Source: a virus (Duplodnaviria; Caudoviricetes). Taken from it: 62,064 nucleotides of DNA. The notes under the pieces were generated by a model. It was not told the origin of the DNA. It did not search any database and saw nothing but the letters and a program-made list of their open reading frames with translations. The stretch is from positions 1 through 62,064 of IMG/VR virus record IMGVR_UViG_3300015360_000003; one strand, written 5' to 3'. The stretch's first letter is position 1. Every line of letters starts with the position of its first letter. Shown here in pieces: positions 44,859-53,737 of this stretch. Made by a program: the position numbers and the translations under genes.

Positions 44859-46729
44859 AACTCGGCCTTAATATCGCCCCATTTTAATCCGCAGGCAGCG
44901 TCGGCCACCTCATGTGATACGGCGTTAGGGAACAGCTCCTTCATAGCATCATTCATAGACGCTGCCAATATATCTTTTGCCTTATCAGCGTGCTTCTTGT
45001 GAACGTGTAAGAGGATTTCATCGTGTACCGTGGCAATAAGTACGCCGATCCCGTGTATTCGTTTATGACAAATAACGAGTGCTCTCATCATAAGCTCGGC
45101 GGCAGAACCTTGGATGACCGTGTTCGGTCCCCGTGTGTACAACTCCGTCTCGGTTAATTTCCTGCGCTTCCCTAGAAGAGTTTCGATGTAGCCAAGCTGC
45201 TCTGTTCGTTTTCTGATCTTGTTGCACCAGCTAGAATAGACGCGGAACATACTATGGTACGTCTTATGCGCCTTCTGAAAGAATTCAAAAGGCTTAATGA
45301 TGCCTACGTTTGCACAGTATTGTTGAAACTTCGCTGGCCCCATTCCGTATCCGAGCGCCAACATACAAATCTTCCCTGAAAAACGCTCCGCTAGATCTTT
45401 TTTTGTAATTGGCCTGCCAAATAGGGACGACCCCAGCGTACAGTAAATGTCCTCTTTATCCCTGTAGGCCGCGCACATCACAGGGTCGCGAGAAAATTCT
45501 GCCTGTAGCCTCAACTCAATCTGAGAGAAGTCGCTCACTACTAGTACGTGATCTTTATCGGCTACGAACATGTTACGGAAAGCTTTATCACGAGGAAAAT
45601 TTTGATTGTTAGGATTACGCGATGATAATCGACTCGTCCTCGTTTCCCCAATCGTATACGACGTATGCAGTCGCCCGGTAATCGGGTGCTTCTTTTCAAT
45701 TAGCGACTGGCCGTAGGTGTCGATGAGTTTACTATACTGCTTGTATTCAAGTAGCGCTGCAATAGAAGGGAGGTGGGCGTATGCCGTGATTACATTCTTA
45801 CCAAAAGCAAACTGCCCTTTCTTTGTCTTCGGCCAGGCAAGTAAATCTTTTGGAGAATCCTTAAGATATACTTTAAGCCACTCGTTCATTTGCTTACCAC
45901 TCTTCATGTTGGTATCACCAAAGAACGGCTTGCATTTTTCTAACGCGAGGGCTGACTGCTTCTCCCACCCAGCGATTAAGTTTTTATGGTACTTCCAATC
46001 GATAGGTAAACCTTCAAGCTGCATCCTCGCAACAACATGCTGTATTTCTTTTTGCTGTTGATACGCTTTAGTCATCTTATACTCGACGATCTTTTTAGAC
46101 AGTACGAGTGCTGCCTCATAAGTGAGCAGAGCATCTAGAGCTGCGTACACTATTTGATCCTGCGACAAAACTTTCGCTGCCCAATCCGATACCTGCTGCG
46201 TCTTAGATACCTTCACCCCAAATAGTCTCTGTGTAACAGCATCTAGGCTGTGGCCGCCGCGAGTTCTGTACTGAGCCAAACCTGTTTTATCTTCGTCGTC
46301 TTCCTCGTCTGGTTCGTATGGGGAGTACTCTGCCCCTTCTAGTAACTGCGACAGGAGCATAGAACAGCCGCAATTAATATCTAAAATCCCTGCGTGTGTA
46401 AGATGCACGATTTCAAAGACTGCACAATGAGCAACGAACCTGCCTTTCGATAAGAAAGGCGCTAGAAGTTTTATAGGAATCTTAAACAAGTCGAACACGT
46501 AGATATTACGGTCAGGAGTATGAACTTGTAGGAGTCGTATGTTTGAAAGCCGGGGATCTAGTCCTGCCTGAGTATGCTCAACATATTCAGGCTTCTTAGC
46601 TGTCTCGATATCAAGACCGCAGAGTTTATCGACAGGTATCTTTTTTAATATCCCAGGAACTTCGTCTTTGTCCGTAACGTAGTGAGCTTTAAAGGTCCAG
46701 GTATGAAACTTATTTTTCGTTGTTTTCAA
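44855..46729 (-). CDS. polA: DNA polymerase family A with 3'-5' exonuclease
   Basis: DIET ExoI, YAALD ExoIII, DFSQIELR motif A, K...L...YG motif B, VHDEI motif C. Confidence 0.96.
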   Translation of the reverse strand: MKTTKNKFHTWTFKAHYVTDKDEVPGILKKIPVDKLCGLDIETAKKPEYVEHTQAGLDPRLSNIRLLQVHTPDRNIYVFDLFKIPIKLLAPFLSKGRFVAHCAVFEIVHLTHAGILDINCGCSMLLSQLLEGAEYSPYEPDEEDDEDKTGLAQYRTRGGHSLDAVTQRLFGVKVSKTQQVSDWAAKVLSQDQIVYAALDALLTYEAALVLSKKIVEYKMTKAYQQQKEIQHVVARMQLEGLPIDWKYHKNLIAGWEKQSALALEKCKPFFGDTNMKSGKQMNEWLKVYLKDSPKDLLAWPKTKKGQFAFGKNVITAYAHLPSIAALLEYKQYSKLIDTYGQSLIEKKHPITGRLHTSYTIGETRTSRLSSRNPNNQNFPRDKAFRNMFVADKDHVLVVSDFSQIELRLQAEFSRDPVMCAAYRDKEDIYCTLGSSLFGRPITKKDLAERFSGKICMLALGYGMGPAKFQQYCANVGIIKPFEFFQKAHKTYHSMFRVYSSWCNKIRKRTEQLGYIETLLGKRRKLTETELYTRGPNTVIQGSAAELMMRALVICHKRIHGIGVLIATVHDEILLHVHKKHADKAKDILAASMNDAMKELFPNAVSHEVADAACGLKWGDIKAEL

Positions 46730-47538
46730 TGTATAGTTAGTGAAATTTCGCCAAAGTCTGCGGCATCCCCGCCGACATACTCAGGACTCATTTTTATATA
46801 TGTATACGAAAACTTATAGTCTCCGTACTCAAGGCTAATACCTGCCCGACCTTCTGCTACAAACGGATACTTATCAACCGACCGCGAATCTTTAAAAGTG
46901 TTGCCGTCTAAGAAGATATTTCTGGCTACTCCTCGCCCGTACACTCCTGCGAAAAATCCTATGTTTAGTCCTTCTCTTAATCTAATCCGTGGGTACAGGC
47001 CATCAGGAGCATCCTTGTAAAGTACACCAATTGTAACCTGATCGAACATGTTCCCAACATCAAATCGTACGTCGGTTAGGATATTTCCGGCGACTCTATC
47101 TTGCAGCTGTCTTGAAATATTGATGCCGGGTTCATCTCGAAGCTGGTAGTCCCATCCTTGGGGGAACGATTGTCCCAGGAATCTATGCACGGTGCGCTGC
47201 GTTTGCTCGCTAAAAGAGCTTGGTCCAACAACACCGAATTCATAGCCCCATACACGTCTCGTGTGATCTTCTCCAATGTCGGTCTGGGTGAATCCCGCAA
47301 GAAGCGCTCCTGCGTATGGACGCTCGTTAGATAGTGGTATGTGTAGTCTTTTGTGATTTGGGGTGTAAAAAATTTGTCTGGCATAGTATCGATCACCCGC
47401 CTCACCAGCTTCTGCACCCGTGCTAACTTGTAATCCTTGAGTGAAATTACGGTCGTTATTTTGGGTGGGTTTAAAGATGTCATTCGCCTCCGTTATTGTA
47501 CATCCGCATAGAAATAGACTTAGTAAAGTACGTCTCAT
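46726..47538 (-). CDS. lpxR: Lipid A deacylase LpxR-family outer-membrane protein
   Basis: DRNFTQG, QIFYTP, RPYAG, GVVGPSS.SE.TQ..VH, PQGW.YQL, RNIFLDGNTF.DS; signal peptide. Confidence 0.85.
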   Translation of the reverse strand: MRRTLLSLFLCGCTITEANDIFKPTQNNDRNFTQGLQVSTGAEAGEAGDRYYARQIFYTPNHKRLHIPLSNERPYAGALLAGFTQTDIGEDHTRRVWGYEFGVVGPSSFSEQTQRTVHRFLGQSFPQGWDYQLRDEPGINISRQLQDRVAGNILTDVRFDVGNMFDQVTIGVLYKDAPDGLYPRIRLREGLNIGFFAGVYGRGVARNIFLDGNTFKDSRSVDKYPFVAEGRAGISLEYGDYKFSYTYIKMSPEYVGGDAADFGEISLTIH

Positions 47539-47897
47539 TCCACCATCTTAAAAAGCTCTCCCATCATGTACCCGACGTATGTAGCAACAAACTCCTCTCC
47601 TTCTATCGGGTCGATACCGAGTACCTTAGCAACATACAAGGCGCAGTGCGTACACTCGTGCGCCCAGGTGCTGTACACTGACGGCATCGCTAACCTGAGT
47701 ACACCCTGATAGCGGTGTATGCTGTTACTGGTAAAAGATCCTACGGAATCCCCGACTAGGTGCCCCCCAATCTGGGGAATACAGAACTTCTTAGAGGCCC
47801 AATTAATAGCTTCTAGTTCAGTACCACCGAGGACGATTGCCCAACTGAAATTTTGTACGGGGTCTTTAATTATCTTCTTTATCAATTGTTTTTTCAT
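47535..47897 (-). CDS. HExxH-containing phage protein
   Basis: WAHECTH..EEFVATY. Confidence 0.7.
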   Translation of the reverse strand: MKKQLIKKIIKDPVQNFSWAIVLGGTELEAINWASKKFCIPQIGGHLVGDSVGSFTSNSIHRYQGVLRLAMPSVYSTWAHECTHCALYVAKVLGIDPIEGEEFVATYVGYMMGELFKMVE

Positions 47898-48640
47898 CGT
47901 GCGTTATTGTTTAACCATCGAAGTGCCGCACGAACAGAGTTTCGGCGTCCAAGAAAACTGACTCCTGTGTACGGCCTGTCGTATACGGCTAAAATAATAC
48001 TGAGTCGCGAGCTTGTAAAATCTCCTGATTTCATCAGCTCTGTAACGGCTGATTTAATCGCGTACTCGTACCGACTGGTGCCTGGGTACGGGGGCAGCAG
48101 CACGGAACATTGCTTATTCGCGTCTAGAACTTCCCGTATCCCGCGTCGGATGTTCGTGTTCTGCACATTCTCAGAGCTTGGGTTAAGTTCAAAAATAATC
48201 CCGCGCACGTCGGGACGTTTAATTGCCTGGCGCACGAGATTTTTAGTGTCCTGGTAATCTGTGAATGACCGAGACAAGAGCATCACTGGATACCCCAATG
48301 TCTGCGCGGCCAGCCCGATGTCTGCGGAATCGAGCATCGTTCGTGGGTACTCCACGTACACGAGTGACGAATCAACACGTAGTCCCGCCGCCTCTGCTAT
48401 CTTTACGTTGACGCTGATTCGCGGTGGAGGTGGGTAGGTAGGCGCTTGGAACAACCAGTTGCGATCAATGCCCCCTTCTTCCGTAATAAAAAGCGTGTCG
48501 TTCATTCTAAGGATAGGCTTCCAGTTAATTACGTCAGGAGAATTTTCCGCTATAAAATGCACCCCGTTACAAACTAGCTCGTCTGCGCGATTTACTTCTG
48601 CCTGAAGTATTTGGTTTGTCGAGATGAAGAATTTAGCCAT
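47894..48640 (-). CDS. Hypothetical protein
   Basis: ~248 aa from MAKFF. Confidence 0.75.
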   Translation of the reverse strand: MAKFFISTNQILQAEVNRADELVCNGVHFIAENSPDVINWKPILRMNDTLFITEEGGIDRNWLFQAPTYPPPPRISVNVKIAEAAGLRVDSSLVYVEYPRTMLDSADIGLAAQTLGYPVMLLSRSFTDYQDTKNLVRQAIKRPDVRGIIFELNPSSENVQNTNIRRGIREVLDANKQCSVLLPPYPGTSRYEYAIKSAVTELMKSGDFTSSRLSIILAVYDRPYTGVSFLGRRNSVRAALRWLNNNAR

Positions 48641-48656
48641 TGTGCCCCCGGATAAA

Positions 48657-48783
48657 AACACTGTCCTACGATGCTGGGCCTAAATCACCCGCGCAAACTA
48701 ATGGTGTACTCTTTAACAAGAGTCCCCCCGTAAGCTAACAGGCAAAGTGCGATGCCCCCGCCTTCACACCGCAGGACAGTGCC
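48657..48783 (-). ncRNA. Candidate structured RNA
   Basis: 17-bp closing stem GGCACUGUCCUGCGGUG/CAUCGUAGGACAGUGUU with G-U pairs; internal ACUCUU/AAGAGU hairpin; U tract. Confidence 0.5.
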
Positions 48784-48787
48784 AAAA

Positions 48788-49270
48788 CTATACACTTAAA
48801 TCTTTATAATTAACATAAAATATATTTGCCTGCGTCTTTTTAGTATACAGTCGCGGCTTGCATACCATCACAGCGGAAGGAAAATTAGCGCAGTTGTCGG
48901 CACCGTTAAACTTTATCCTGTGTGAGACGATCCGAATCTCGTCCATTTCTGCAGCGGCTAATACCCCGTGCTTAGTGGAGGGGTCATACTTAGTGACAAA
49001 CACGGTAGTTGCCCCGTTCTGATCTCGCTCCTCTATAGCCTTCGTATACCAAGGCAAGATGTTGGAGTAGGGAGGATTACAAAAGTTAACCTTACCCCAA
49101 CCGTGTTTTAAGCCGTCATGCTTTTCTGTGAGGTACTCAGGGCGTTTATGATTCTTTCTAGACGCACATACATCCAGATTAAACTTAAACTCATCATGTA
49201 GTATTTTAAACATCCACTGTGGTGTTGCCTGTTCATCGCTATCCGGCTCTGTAGATCGTTTAAACTTCAT
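48788..49270 (-). CDS. dam: Phage DNA N6-adenine methyltransferase (Dam-like)
   Basis: TPQWMF..EF.F.LDVCA, NPPYS, RIKF..FPS. Confidence 0.88.
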   Translation of the reverse strand: MKFKRSTEPDSDEQATPQWMFKILHDEFKFNLDVCASRKNHKRPEYLTEKHDGLKHGWGKVNFCNPPYSNILPWYTKAIEERDQNGATTVFVTKYDPSTKHGVLAAAEMDEIRIVSHRIKFNGADNCANFPSAVMVCKPRLYTKKTQANIFYVNYKDLSV

Positions 49271-49494
49271 ACATTACGGCCCTTAAACGGCTTAGGTTCT
49301 GGGATATTCCACGTTGGGTTGCCACAGATTCGGATCTCCTCGCTCACTATATGCTTTACTTCCCCCGTCGCGACAACCTGAACGAGCCATATCGTGTTCA
49401 GCTCCGGCGACAGGTCGAATAGACCGAGCGCTAGACAGTCGCCGAGAGGTGTAATACACGGGCGTGGATACCGGAATTCAGTTAAGTTACTCAT
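49267..49494 (-). CDS. Hypothetical protein
   Basis: TPLGD..W..TGE..GNPT; ATGA-coupled. Confidence 0.7.
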   Translation of the reverse strand: MSNLTEFRYPRPCITPLGDCLALGLFDLSPELNTIWLVQVVATGEVKHIVSEEIRICGNPTWNIPEPKPFKGRNV

Positions 49495-49670
49495 TCGCCA
49501 GCCTGCTTTTTTTCAACATCTAAATAACGACACAGCGCGTTTAAAACATCTAGTTCTAAGAGGATAGTATTTGAAGCGGCTGCGCCATTCTCCGTCGTGA
49601 GCACTAGCATCCTCGCGCCGTCAACCCACTCAACGTAAACACTGTCGCCTAAATATTGTTTTGATTTCAT
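49491..49670 (-). CDS. Hypothetical protein (YLGDSVY motif)
   Basis: Start MKSKQ, ATGA-coupled. Confidence 0.7.
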   Translation of the reverse strand: MKSKQYLGDSVYVEWVDGARMLVLTTENGAAASNTILLELDVLNALCRYLDVEKKQAGE

Positions 49671-50308
49671 TTTTCCCCCTCTGTTGCAAGGATCGCGTCG
49701 GCTTCGTTCCAATAACCTTCTGCCACATTAAATTTGGTGGACTGTCGAATCGCGCAAACGAGATCACGCCGAAACTGTTTATCGAGTTTCGCCTGCTCTT
49801 GTACGTCCGTCGCTTTCAAACGGTTCGCTTCGCCGATCTCAATACCACGCCGAAGAATCTTTCCGTGGAATCCTGCCTCTTTCATGAGCGGCGTATCCAT
49901 GTACTCTTCAGTGAGCCGCGTGATCTCTTTTCTAAAATCTTCGTTAGTCATCTCCCCTTCTCCCTCTCGTCTCGCAGCGTCGGCGTTGGCTTCGGTCATG
50001 CGCCATGCGACAGCAATTGCCTCTGCCCCATCTGTAAAGTCTTTAAAAATCGCTTTCGCAGCGGATGCGTTGGCATCGCTGATCCCAAGCGCAACACCGG
50101 CAGTCTCTGCATCGTCTATACACTCGTTCCGATTCGCTTCGCCCATCTCAAACCCGCGCTTAAAAACCGCTACGCTGTATCTGCACAGCGACATATCCGA
50201 ACTGACGTAGCAATCCGTAATCGCTGCAATCGCTGCCTGTATCTCTCGGTTATTCATTTTGTTATCCGTCGTCGCTGCAATCGCTGCCTGTATCTCTTCG
50301 TTTTTCAT
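49667..50308 (-). CDS. Hypothetical protein with internal duplication
   Basis: EIQAAIAA x2; RG.E.GEANR x2. Confidence 0.7.
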   Translation of the reverse strand: MKNEEIQAAIAATTDNKMNNREIQAAIAAITDCYVSSDMSLCRYSVAVFKRGFEMGEANRNECIDDAETAGVALGISDANASAAKAIFKDFTDGAEAIAVAWRMTEANADAARREGEGEMTNEDFRKEITRLTEEYMDTPLMKEAGFHGKILRRGIEIGEANRLKATDVQEQAKLDKQFRRDLVCAIRQSTKFNVAEGYWNEADAILATEGEK

Positions 50309-50556
50309 TTTTCTCCTAGTTGTCCGGTCAGTAGCCGGTACGCCCCTTCGAGTTCCGTAGCCACTAATACCTGGATCTGTTCCTGACTCAGCGCCGCGAT
50401 TTTTTCACCGAACCACGCCCGCAAAATCGCCGGGTCGTTTAACGCGAAGATCGCGCCTTTCGTGAACGCCCACTCCTGTCCTTCTTTTTCTTTCTTAAAT
50501 GCACGAGGAGTGTTCTCGTCGGCGGCGGATGCGATTAGGTCCAGTAGATTCGTCAT
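50305..50556 (-). CDS. Hypothetical protein
   Basis: ATGA-coupled. Confidence 0.7.
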   Translation of the reverse strand: MTNLLDLIASAADENTPRAFKKEKEGQEWAFTKGAIFALNDPAILRAWFGEKIAALSQEQIQVLVATELEGAYRLLTGQLGEK

Positions 50557-50729
50557 TTCGTATCATCCTCAAATCGCTGCCCTGCCGACACTCCTGCTTC
50601 TATGTCGTTCTTCGTAACGCTATCTGGATTGATGCCCTGCCGTCTCAACGCTGCGGCGATCCTATTCGCCTCCCGTAGCTGCCGCCGATCAATCTCGGCG
50701 GCTGTCAGATCAGTCCCGCTTTTTTTCAT
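50553..50729 (-). CDS. 58-aa hypothetical protein (below ORF-track cutoff)
   Basis: MKKSGTDLTAAEIDRRQLREAN..FEDDTK; GGAGG SD; ATGA overlaps on both sides. Confidence 0.7.
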   Translation of the reverse strand: MKKSGTDLTAAEIDRRQLREANRIAAALRRQGINPDSVTKNDIEAGVSAGQRFEDDTK

Positions 50730-50947
50730 TCTAGTTCCTCCTTTATTTCGGTGAGTGTAGCGGCGAGCTTATGTAACGTGTTCGCCGCGCCATTATACCA
50801 AGCGGCCCTAGTTGGGTCTTTTACAGTGAGCCACAACTCTGTGCTATGCCGCAGTCGCTCTAGCTCAGTCTCTAATTCCGCAATCACCTGCGCCGCCTCG
50901 CTCATGAGATCCTCGGCTACCAGAGCGGCTCCGCTTTTTATCATCAT
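50726..50947 (-). CDS. Hypothetical protein, tandem paralogue
   Basis: ERLRHS..WLT..DPTRAAWYNG shared with 50944-51237. Confidence 0.75.
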   Translation of the reverse strand: MMIKSGAALVAEDLMSEAAQVIAELETELERLRHSTELWLTVKDPTRAAWYNGAANTLHKLAATLTEIKEELE

Positions 50948-51237
50948 TCTAGTTCCTCCTCTATTCCGGTGAGCGTAGCGGCGAGATCATGTAACGTGCT
51001 CGCCCCGCCATTATACCAAGCGGCCCTAGTTGGGTCTGGCGCCGTGAGCCACTGCTGTCTGCTATGCCGCAGCCGCTCTATCTCCGTCTCTATTCCCGCA
51101 ATCACCTGCGCCATCGCGCTCGCTCGACCCGCGTCAAAATGCTCCTTCGCACTGATCAGTAGTAGCGGAATCGGGATGCCACGAGTCCACCGTGTGCGCT
51201 CAAATTCTGCTGCGTACGCCTCACCTTCTTTGCTCAT
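50944..51237 (-). CDS. Hypothetical protein, tandem paralogue
   Basis: Shares its C-terminal ~55 aa with 50726-50947. Confidence 0.75.
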   Translation of the reverse strand: MSKEGEAYAAEFERTRWTRGIPIPLLLISAKEHFDAGRASAMAQVIAGIETEIERLRHSRQQWLTAPDPTRAAWYNGGASTLHDLAATLTGIEEELE

Positions 51238-51521
51238 TTTCTAATGCTCCTAGCTAAATCATCTCGCCACGCTGTTAATTCTTCGATCTCATCGAGCAGT
51301 AAACGTCGTGCGTGGTTCTTCTCATAGTCGCTCCGCACAGAATGTGTTTCATGATCTCGAAAATCTGAGATTGTCAGGAGTAGGGCATACACGGTTATCC
51401 CGTCGAAGTGCATGTCCGACATAGCGCTCACCGAAGCGCCGCCGAGTTGGAAGCGGCAGTGCGCCTCTAGATCACTCATTCCTGCGGCATCGTAGGTCGG
51501 TGGCCGATATGTGTTGCTCAT
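51234..51521 (-). CDS. Hypothetical protein
   Basis: Start MSNTY, ATGA-coupled. Confidence 0.65.
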   Translation of the reverse strand: MSNTYRPPTYDAAGMSDLEAHCRFQLGGASVSAMSDMHFDGITVYALLLTISDFRDHETHSVRSDYEKNHARRLLLDEIEELTAWRDDLARSIRK

Positions 51522-51832
51522 AGTTCCTTCTCCGTGATTTGATCTTTTGCAATCTGTTCTAAAGTCTTCTCCTCGTCGCATATTGAGCAGCGTCGCCGAT
51601 TCTCGTAGTAAGAAGGCATCCATTTGGCCAACTTCAAAGCAACCCAATCGTGCGCCGAATCGTTTAAGCAATCCGCTTTGCGCGAATAGTACTCAATGCA
51701 GTGCTCCAACGTGAAAACATACCGACGATCACAGTGAGGACATTGGTGTTGATAGGTCGTCTCGGTGTTCGCGCACTCCTCTGGGTCTGGCGGTCTTGAT
51801 TCTTTTTTACAGTACGGGCATCCGATGCTCAT
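51518..51832 (-). CDS. Zn-finger protein
   Basis: CPYC..CPHC..C..HDW..CSIC. Confidence 0.75.
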   Translation of the reverse strand: MSIGCPYCKKESRPPDPEECANTETTYQHQCPHCDRRYVFTLEHCIEYYSRKADCLNDSAHDWVALKLAKWMPSYYENRRRCSICDEEKTLEQIAKDQITEKEL

Positions 51833-52545
51833 TTCAACCTCGCCATAACGCACACTCGCATGTCTACAACACTGCGCTGGCTGAATCGTGGGACTTTACC
51901 GATCTGACTAGCGCAGGTCATTACATCGATCTGCATTATGTTGCACTTACCTTCCGCCGTGTGGAACGCACCGAGCTGATGCGCCACTTCGTGCATGACT
52001 AGCACGGTCTGCGGTATCCACCACGCAGCCCGGCCCCGCCATAAATTCACAACCACTACCGCGTTGTCGCTGCCGACCTGGCATTTCGAATTCGAAATTC
52101 CACCGAGAAACATGCCATCCTGAGAGCGTAATGGCCCGGTCGCGACTATAGTCACTCCTCCGCGCAACGTGGATTTGCCATCTCGCAATGCGTTGGTCCA
52201 GCTATCTAATTGCAGCACACGAGATTCGTAGTCGACAGCCGAATTAGGAAACGCATCGGCGTACCAGAGCGTTTTTTCGCGGTATACGTGGATGCCTTTT
52301 AGTCGCGAGAGCAGCGCAGCCGCAGCGTCAACGAGTCTCTCAGTTTCAGGTACGCCGATATTATCCGGTGAATCTACGTAAATGATACGTAGTGGTATAC
52401 CAATCTCGCCACGCGGCGCTGCTGATGCGTCACGTACCATTACGACGAGCATCACGATTACAATCCAAAAGATGCACGCGAGCGAGATGACCACCCAGGC
52501 TGCCCATGGTGCAGGTAGTGTACTTTTTTCGTATTTGTTTTTCAT
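51829..52545 (-). CDS. Membrane-anchored metzincin zinc metalloprotease
   Basis: N-terminal TM helix; HEVAHQLGAFH (HExxHxxGxxH) and Met-turn CNIM. Confidence 0.82.
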   Translation of the reverse strand: MKNKYEKSTLPAPWAAWVVISLACIFWIVIVMLVVMVRDASAAPRGEIGIPLRIIYVDSPDNIGVPETERLVDAAAALLSRLKGIHVYREKTLWYADAFPNSAVDYESRVLQLDSWTNALRDGKSTLRGGVTIVATGPLRSQDGMFLGGISNSKCQVGSDNAVVVVNLWRGRAAWWIPQTVLVMHEVAHQLGAFHTAEGKCNIMQIDVMTCASQIGKVPRFSQRSVVDMRVCVMARLK

Positions 52546-52593
52546 ATATATCCCTGTTAAACAAGAGCCGCCCGTACTGGCGCGGCTGTCGTT

Positions 52594-52860
52594 TTAAAGC
52601 TTTAAACCATCAGCGGTTGGATCAACGATTGTGTTTTCTGGGTTGTACGAGTTTGGGTATGGATTACTGCTGCCCAACGCTTTTAAATCCATACCGAGCC
52701 ACATGATCGCCTCTTCGATTCTTGTCACGGCTAACGAGCGCTCGCGACTCTTTCGCTGAGATTCTTTAATAACCTGCAAAATGTTATCGAGTCCAACTCG
52801 AAATGTTTTTGTTTCTATAATGGGCGTGGGCGGTGCGATTGCGTCTAGTAGGTCTTCCAT
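52594..52860 (-). CDS. Acb2/Tad1 hairpin-like protein (candidate immune-signal sponge)
   Basis: SRERSLAVTRIEEAIMWL resembles the Tad1-family RE..A.TKLEEA.MWL helix. Confidence 0.6.
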   Translation of the reverse strand: MEDLLDAIAPPTPIIETKTFRVGLDNILQVIKESQRKSRERSLAVTRIEEAIMWLGMDLKALGSSNPYPNSYNPENTIVDPTADGLKL

Positions 52861-52944
52861 TTCTCTTCTCCAAGTACTGCACACTTTCGGAGTCGCGAAT
52901 TCGACCCTTTGCGCGTGCTATAAACTCTTTCAGTGCGGCTGCTG

Positions 52945-53130
52945 TTAACGCGGAAATTCGCTTAATATCTGGTCTACTACTTCCATCCAGGCAGCGCGTT
53001 GCTTCTTTTTTGTCTCATCACGAGAAAACTCCGGCCAGAGCGGAAGCGGATCGCCATTGAAAGCTACGCCGCCGACCGCTTTTAGGTATCGCTCATACAG
53101 CCGAGACGCTAATGCTTCTTTGTCGTCCAT
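52945..53130 (-). CDS. Hypothetical phage protein
   Basis: Y..AVGG..FNGDPLP.W..Q.AAW. Confidence 0.7.
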   Translation of the reverse strand: MDDKEALASRLYERYLKAVGGVAFNGDPLPLWPEFSRDETKKKQRAAWMEVVDQILSEFPR

Positions 53131-53134
53131 TTTA

Positions 53135-53737
53135 TTACTCAGCCTCCGCCAGTCGCATCATGTCCGCCAGCGCAACCTCGTTGGAGTCGAAAAACCGTGT
53201 GGGCGAAATCTCGTAGCCGCTAGCCCTGTAAATCTGCATTGCCGCGAATAATGGGGATGTTCTCGCTTCGAGATCGTAACCGGACGGGCCTGCGAGGTGA
53301 ACAGCCCAGCCCGCACGACAGTGGGTCGTCTCGCACACATGCCACCGCTGCATATCGAACGAATCAGGCGTGGCCATCGCCGCAGCAAGCACTGCTTTAT
53401 GAATATCGGGGATGATCGGAATCTTTATTTTTTCGCTTTTTTCGTCGTCGCAGCGGTAGCAGCGGTCCACGCAGTGGTAGCAGCGGGAGCAGCGGGAGCA
53501 GTCATTGCAGTCGTCGCAGTCGTCGCAGTCATCGCAGTCATTGCAGCGGTCACAGTTGGAACAGTTGGAGCAGTCGAGGCAATCAACACAACCGACACAC
53601 TCGACACAATCTCGGCAATCGAAACACTCCATCAGCGTCGCGAGTGAAGCCCGCGCAAGCGCTTCACTTCCCCATTTTTCAATCGATGCTCGGTTGCCGC
53701 TGCCATCGTCGGAGGTTATCCAAGTTTTGCTTTCCAC
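53135..53737 (-). CDS. Cys-rich repeat protein (family D) with extra C-terminal domain
   Basis: NRASIEKWGSEALARASL, CxxC repeats, then FDM..WH.CETTHCRAGW. Confidence 0.85.
   Translation of the reverse strand: MESKTWITSDDGSGNRASIEKWGSEALARASLATLMECFDCRDCVECVGCVDCLDCSNCSNCDRCNDCDDCDDCDDCNDCSRCSRCYHCVDRCYRCDDEKSEKIKIPIIPDIHKAVLAAAMATPDSFDMQRWHVCETTHCRAGWAVHLAGPSGYDLEARTSPLFAAMQIYRASGYEISPTRFFDSNEVALADMMRLAEAE

Noticed and set aside
48657-48783. tRNA gene
   Set aside because: No TTC T-loop, D-arm or 7-bp acceptor geometry; no tRNA recognised elsewhere by eye
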